Shown here one piece after another: positions 58,289 through 64,000 of a stretch of 64,000 bases of DNA (positions within the stretch are counted from its first letter, which is position 1; each line of letters starts with the position of its first letter). The stretch spans positions 19,341,648 through 19,405,647 of the forward strand of contig NC_092673.1 of NCBI RefSeq assembly GCF_964355755.1, written 5' to 3'. This DNA is from Antedon mediterranea. Taxonomy: Eukaryota; Animalia; Echinodermata. The position numbers and the translations under genes are program-made. The notes under the pieces are model-generated. The model had not been told where the DNA came from. It saw nothing but the letters and a program-made list of their open reading frames with translations, and ran no database searches.

Positions 58289-61200
58289 TGTTGAATCCAT
58301 TGTAACCTGGAATCGGGAATATATAGAAATAATAATACAGAAACTACGGAAACTAAGAGCAAAGTGTGTTTTATTTATCATCTCACGAGGTTTCACCACA
58401 AAAAGAGACCCGCGAATAATGACAGTATGGCACGTCAAAGGTGCATTATATATGGGGGGATAACTTAACACCCCCACATCACCTCATAATCTTAAACCAC
58501 TACAAAAATAACACACACAATTCAATACAACAATGTAACATTTTTAACATCAACTATTCTCCAAATAGAAATATTTTGAATTTCTCTAGTTTAACCTTGG
58601 TGGCTGGTTTGGTTAAAATATCTGCCACCCTGTCTTCTGTTGGACAATACTGGATATCTATTTGTCCATCTTTTAAGACATCCCTTATGAAATGATACCG
58701 TATATCTATATGCTTAGACCTTTGTCTTTGCACTGGGTTTCTGCTTAATGCTATAGCACCTTGGTTATCACATGAAATATGAGCACGTTTAAACTCATTG
58801 GGACAGATATCATTTAACAACTGCAGTAGGTAAAGGGCCTCCTGTGTTGCAGCCCCAAGACCCATATATTCAGACTCACAGGTGGACAGTGCCACAGTAG
58901 GCTGTCTTCTGGTTTTCCAAGATATTGGAGCACTACATTCATTCAAACTAAAGATATACCCAGTGGTACTCTTCCTATCATCCAAACTAGCCCAATCAGA
59001 ATCACAATACGAGGTTAATTTCATTGAATCAGATTTTCTATAAACTAATTTATGATTTACAGTGCCTTTTAGGTATCTTAATACATGTTTTGCTGTGGTT
59101 AAATCCTCTAACTTGGGGTCAGCTAAACTTCTGGAGAGTTTACTGACAACCCATGTGATATCTGGTCTTGTACATGTAGCTAGATAAATTAAACTTCCAA
59201 CTATTTCCCTGTATCTGTCTAATTGTACTTTCTCATTATTTGGACCGGTGCCAGTCTGTACTTCACAGGGGGTTGACCTTGTCTTACAGTTAGACATATT
59301 AAATTTTTCAAGTACTTTCAGTGTATATCGTGTTTGGTTCATAGTTATCTTATCGGCTTCTTGTTTGAAATCAATTCCAAGGAAATAGCTGATTTCCCCA
59401 AGGTCTTTCATTTTAAACTCATTTTTCATATTTGTCTTAAAATCACTAAGTACATTCTCATTTGTGGCTGCAATTAAAATATCGTCAACCCATATTACAA
59501 CAATTACTAAGTCATCTTTGTTGCGTTTTGTATATACACAGTAGTCTGCTGGGTTTCTTTTAAAATCATTACTCTTCAAGTGGTTGTGCAGAAGCTGATT
59601 CCAATTTCGACCTGACTGTTTGAGCCCGTATAATGACTTGTTCAATTTTAATACTAATTTTTTCCCCATTTTCAGACTTAATTTCGTAACCTTCAGGTTG
59701 GCTTAAGTATATTTCGGTATCAATATCTGCATTTAAGTATGCAGATTTCACATCCATCTGGTGGACTATAAGGTTATGTTGTACAGATATTTGCATTAAT
59801 GTTCTAATTGAGGTCAAATTGGCTGTGGGCGAGAATGTCTCATGATAGTCTATGCCTTTTATTTGGTTAAAACCCTTGGCAACGTATCTTGCCTTGTACG
59901 TGTGATTACCCTCGGCCGATTCCTTTATAGCAAATGCCCATTTTCCGCCAATGAGGTGTTTGTCATTGGGTAATGCGACTATCTTAAAGGTGTTATTATC
60001 TTTCAATGATTGTAATTCTTCATCCATTGCCCTTTTCCAACTTTCTGAATATTGGGAATTTGTAGCTTCTGTATATGTTAAGGGAACATTTTGACATGAC
60101 ATATGATAGATCGAATCATCACTGTCAAATTCAGTCTCATACTCCTGTAGGTAATTGGGATACTTTCTCTCCCTTTGAGGGTACCTTCTGTGGGCATCAT
60201 CAATATCTACCCCATTGTTGTCATTTTCCTCTAAGTTATCATAATTATTAACATTTGGGGTATTTTCATGTTCAATAATTTGGGATTCATTTGTGTTCTC
60301 ATTATCCTCCAAGTTTACATTTGTTTCGTCACTTTCATCTGTCTGTGTTTGTTGGTTGGTGTTAGATGTTTGGTCAGATATAATTTTTATCAATCTGAAT
60401 TTCTGAACTTTGCCAGTGTTTGGGTCATAGATTAAATATGCTGGACTAGATGAATCATATCCCAGAAATATACCACGCTTACTCTTAGGTTCTAGTTTCT
60501 TTGAGTTATGTATGTATGCGTAGCAAGGTTTTCCAAAAATGTGCATTTTTCCCAAATTTGGTTTATAGCCAGTCATGGTCTCAAAAGGAGTCTTATTTAG
60601 GCGTTGGTTGAAACAACGGTTTCTTATATAGGTCGCTGCTCTTACTGCATAAGTCCATAAGGACTTTGGCAGTGAAGATTCCAGCAAAAGACATCTACCC
60701 ATTTCAAAAAGAGTGCGCCAATTACGTTCCGCGGTTCCATTTTGATGGGGTGAATTTGGAGATGAAAACTCATGTTTAATACCTCTATCTGTCATTAGGC
60801 TTTTGAAGTCTGAACTGACATATTCACCACCGTTATCAGTTCGCAAGCACTTAACTTTGCCTATTGGGGCACAGTCAGAAAGAAATTGTTTGGTAGCTGC
60901 TGCAGCATCACTTTTCATTCTGAGGAAGTAAACAAAAACAAAACCAGAATGGTCATCAGTAAATGATATGGCGTATTTGAATTCGTCTTTAGCCAATGGT
61001 GATATTGGCCCTGCCATATCAGAATGTACTAAGGCTAATGGACAATTTGCCCTTTTGTCTGGTTCTCTATTTCTTACATTAACAAATTTACCTTCAGTGC
61101 ATATGTTACATGTTTCCTTAACTTTACTACCTTTGATTTCCATGCCGTCCACTACCTTTTCTAATTTTAGTACATCGTCAAAGTTACAATGTCCTAGGAC

Positions 61201-62636
61201 TCTATGCCAATATTGTAAATCTTTAACAAGGCTTAATTTATCTACTTCTCTAGGTGCACTTGTGGTTGGTAAGTAGTATAGGTTGTCAATAATACTCATT
61301 TTGAATGTTCTTCCAGCATTAGTGATTGTGTTTTCTTCTTTACTAAGGGTTACTCTTGCTCCTGTTGTCGTTGCAGCTCTTACGCTCATTATGTTGTGTG
61401 GGTACGTTGGTATGTACAGGGCATTTTTTAAGACAGTTTCTACTTTCTCGTTGTTTTCATCTATCAGGTTTATGTGTGCATGTCCTCTCTTTACTGCAAC
61501 ACCTTTTGCTACGCTACCATCCGCAAGTTCAATAGTATGATTAAGGCTTTTAAAGGTTGCATCGAAACTGGAGAATTTCTCTCGGTCATTTACTACATGT
61601 GAGGTGCAGCCAGTGTCTACTAAAATACCATCTTGACATGTTATGTTTTCTGACGCTTGAAAGAAAACGGAATGTTCAAATCCATCCTCCGCTTTCTTTA
61701 TTTGGTCCTTTGGTTTATTTCTGAAACAGTCCATGTCAAGGTGATTGGCATTCTTGTGGTATTTACAGGTTTTTGTAGGGCAATCTTTTATCAAGTGGTT
61801 AGGTGATCCGCACTCGTAGCATTTTCTGGAGTTTTGTGGGTTTTTAACTTTCATCACTCTGTCGTTATTAGATTCTGGTGTATTTAGTTTCTCTGATTCT
61901 GCGAACTTTCTTAAGGATGTTTTAAATTCTACAAAAGATATGTCTTTTTCTTGTGTATTTATGTATATTTTAAATGGAGCGTATGCTTCAGGCAAACCTT
62001 TTAATACCATTGCTGTTAGAAGTGCGTCACTAAGTGTTTCTTTTGCTCTTTGTAATGATGTGATAATCTTTTCCACTCTGATAATAAACGACGTGCAGTC
62101 CTCCTCACCCATTTCGAGTGTTGTTAGTTTGGTGTAAAGTTGCACCACTTTTGGTTTAGATTTGCTAGAATATTCGGTTCTTAAAATAGACAGAGCTTTT
62201 CTCCCGTCATCAGTTGCATCGTTAATGATCAACGATAATGACTTGTCGTCCAGGAATTGTATCAGCTCCGAATACGCCTTTTCATTTTTATGGTTGTCAT
62301 CGTCGGTGGCTGGCTCCGGCTGTGTAGACGTAATCGTGCTTTTTAACGCTGGTTTTAGTGTGTTTAGGTACCCTAGAAATTTTACTTCCCAAAGTTCATA
62401 TTTTTCTTCATCTCCGTTAAAAAGCAATCTTTGAAAACGGCTGGGCCCATAACCTGTTGAATCCATTGTAACCTGGAATCGGGAATATATAGAAATAATA
62501 ATACAGAAACTACGGAAACTAAGAGCAAAGTGTGTTTTATTTATCATCTCACGAGGTTTCACCACAAAAAGAGACCCGCGAATAATGACAGTATGGCACG
62601 TCAAAGGTGCATTATATATGGGGGGATAACTTAACA
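58289..62636 (-). mobile_element. Full-length Ty1/Copia LTR retrotransposon, very recent
   Basis: 182-bp LTRs at 58289-58470 and 62455-62636 read as identical (TG..CA); 5-bp TSD gccta; PBS GGTTATGGGCCCAG; purine tract before the 3' LTR; domain order gag-PR-IN-RT-RH. Confidence 0.98.
58554..62466 (-). CDS. Copia gag-pol polyprotein with one +1 frameshift at ~59660
   Basis: MDSTGYGPSR start; zinc knuckle CYECGSPNHLIKDC; protease LVDTGCT; integrase WHRVLGH, VHSD, LRTDNGGEY, QNGTAER; RT QMDVKSAYL, SLYGLKQS, WVDD; RNase H YCDSDWA, ADILTK. Confidence 0.95.
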
Positions 62637-64000
62637 GCCTAGAGGACTAAACAATTAATAAACAAAACAACTTGGCAACACGATTTCATATTTCAACAGT
62701 CTCGATCGTACATTCAGCACTGTACGTACTCGATCTTTTTCATTTTGAAACAAAATGATCATTGGTTGATTCGAAATCCATATTTACATACCGCCCGCCC
62801 CATAAAGCCAAATACGGTATGATAACCTACGTCATTCTTATTGGATGTTTGCGGTCTGCAAATCGATTTCTATACGTGTTTCACAAGTCTGTATTTTCAG
62901 ACAAAAATCGCGGTCGAAATAAAAACAAATAAATAAAAATAAAAAACAATACAGACTTGGGGCAAGTCTATAAAAGTAGATGCATTCCACTGAATTTTTA
63001 ACCCTCTATTATAGTTGCTCTTTTGGCGCTCCATAGAAATGAAAATATTGAACTTCGTGTATGCGAAATTCGTGAACGGTGTGCGAGAAACAAGTCTGTA
63101 AAAATCATTAAAAAAAACAAAGAAAAAAAAAGATTTATTTGTTACTTTTTATGTGATTCTTCTTCATAAAAGTACTTATGAGGCCCAATTCTAAGGTGTG
63201 GTATTCACAATAAGTTACTTAATACATTTTGAGTCGAAAGCAAGTCGAAATAAAACAGGTGCGAAACGGAACTAGCGCCTAACCTTCTATCTAGGCCTAC
63301 TAATCTAGACTAACTAATCTAGACTAGACTAGTTAGGGGTGCAATAGACGGTTGATCAGGACCACAGACGATCATGCCCAGGGGAGCCCAATAATGTTGT
63401 AAGACGATTGATTGGGACAAGAGACAATCGGGCACAAAATAAAAATATATGGTCTAAATGACTCTCACAACTCAAATCAATAAACAATATTTGTGCTACC
63501 GAAGCCATCTTGCAGAGATGACAAACAGTCGTGACCAGCTGAACGTAAAAACGGAGAATATATATATCACAAGAATGAGTAATCTGCGATTTTTGGAGCG
63601 GGGTTGGTGAAATCTGTCCATAATAGGTTACTTTTCTGTCCATAATAGGTTACTTTCTGTCCATAATAGGGACTAGAGGGCGCTGTTGTTTGTCCATAAT
63701 AGGTGACTTTCATAATTGGCTGTCCAAAATAGGTGACTTTTTGTCCACAATAGGCGAGTTTATTGGAGTAGTGCGCCATCCATTGTGTTGTCCATAATAG
63801 GTGATTTTTTTGGCGTACTCGTATACGTAGTTTATTTCGCGAGTAGAAGTAATACTAATTTGCTTTCTGTTCAGACTTCGAGGCTGCCTAGGAGGCCTAA
63901 TTAGTATATAAATATTTAAGGCTTTCTAGCCTAGGCCTAGCTAGGCTAGTCCTGTTAGTTAGGCTACCTCTATAGGCCTACTAGTACTACTAGCCTAGGC

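Larger units (their letters stand above)
57644..62970. mobile_element. Non-autonomous AcademH-like element (TAG..CTA, 9-bp TSD, ~1 kb net) hosting the Copia insertion
   Basis: TSD taaaagtag at 57635-57643 and 62971-62979. The empty site is visible in a sister repeat at ~54655-54690 (gatgcattaaaagtagacgcattccac). Termini tagtctgggctccagac / gacttggggcaagtcta each form their own hairpin. Confidence 0.75.

Noticed and set aside
59640-59670. Programmed ribosomal frameshift in the Copia pol
   Set aside because: The break is in the middle of RT, in a homopolymer, not at a gag-pol boundary. A mutation or sequencing error is more likely.
60968-62434. Plus-strand ORFs inside the Copia
   Set aside because: They are antisense to gag-pol and have no independent motifs.

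Overview
AT-rich, intron-rich animal DNA, probably from a marine invertebrate (inferred from the repeat families; not provable here). The main content is invisible in the ORF track: a 30-coding-exon plus-strand gene (ATG 24378 to TGA 50890, about 1316 aa if all exons are used). It encodes N-cap + 9 ankyrin repeats + C-cap, a Roc GTPase, a COR domain, basic NLS-like microexons and tandem DED-like death-fold domains, i.e. a kinase-less ANK-ROCO protein. Each ankyrin repeat is one symmetric phase-0 exon inside a ~327-bp tandem intron+exon unit. The introns are almost identical, while the exons vary almost only non-synonymously, at the target-binding positions that are randomised in DARPin libraries. 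The 5' end of the gene lies in one arm of a large inverted duplication. The other arm carries the start of a divergently oriented paralogue that runs off the left edge and differs mainly at the same binding-surface residues. This looks like a candidate diversifying, modular innate-immune receptor family. The rest is a dense set of nested mobile elements: a Kolobok transposon (intact KolX/P2X7-ballast-like gene, disrupted THAP-DDE transposase), TAG..CTA Academ-like elements including a 5.5-kb foldback, a hAT-like element with a 6-bp TSD inside the ankyrin array, a Helitron, SINEs, LINE and Penelope fragments, tiny palindromic insertions, several minisatellites and a young Copia LTR retrotransposon with identical LTRs. 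All calls come from manual reading and hand translation; no database searches were run.
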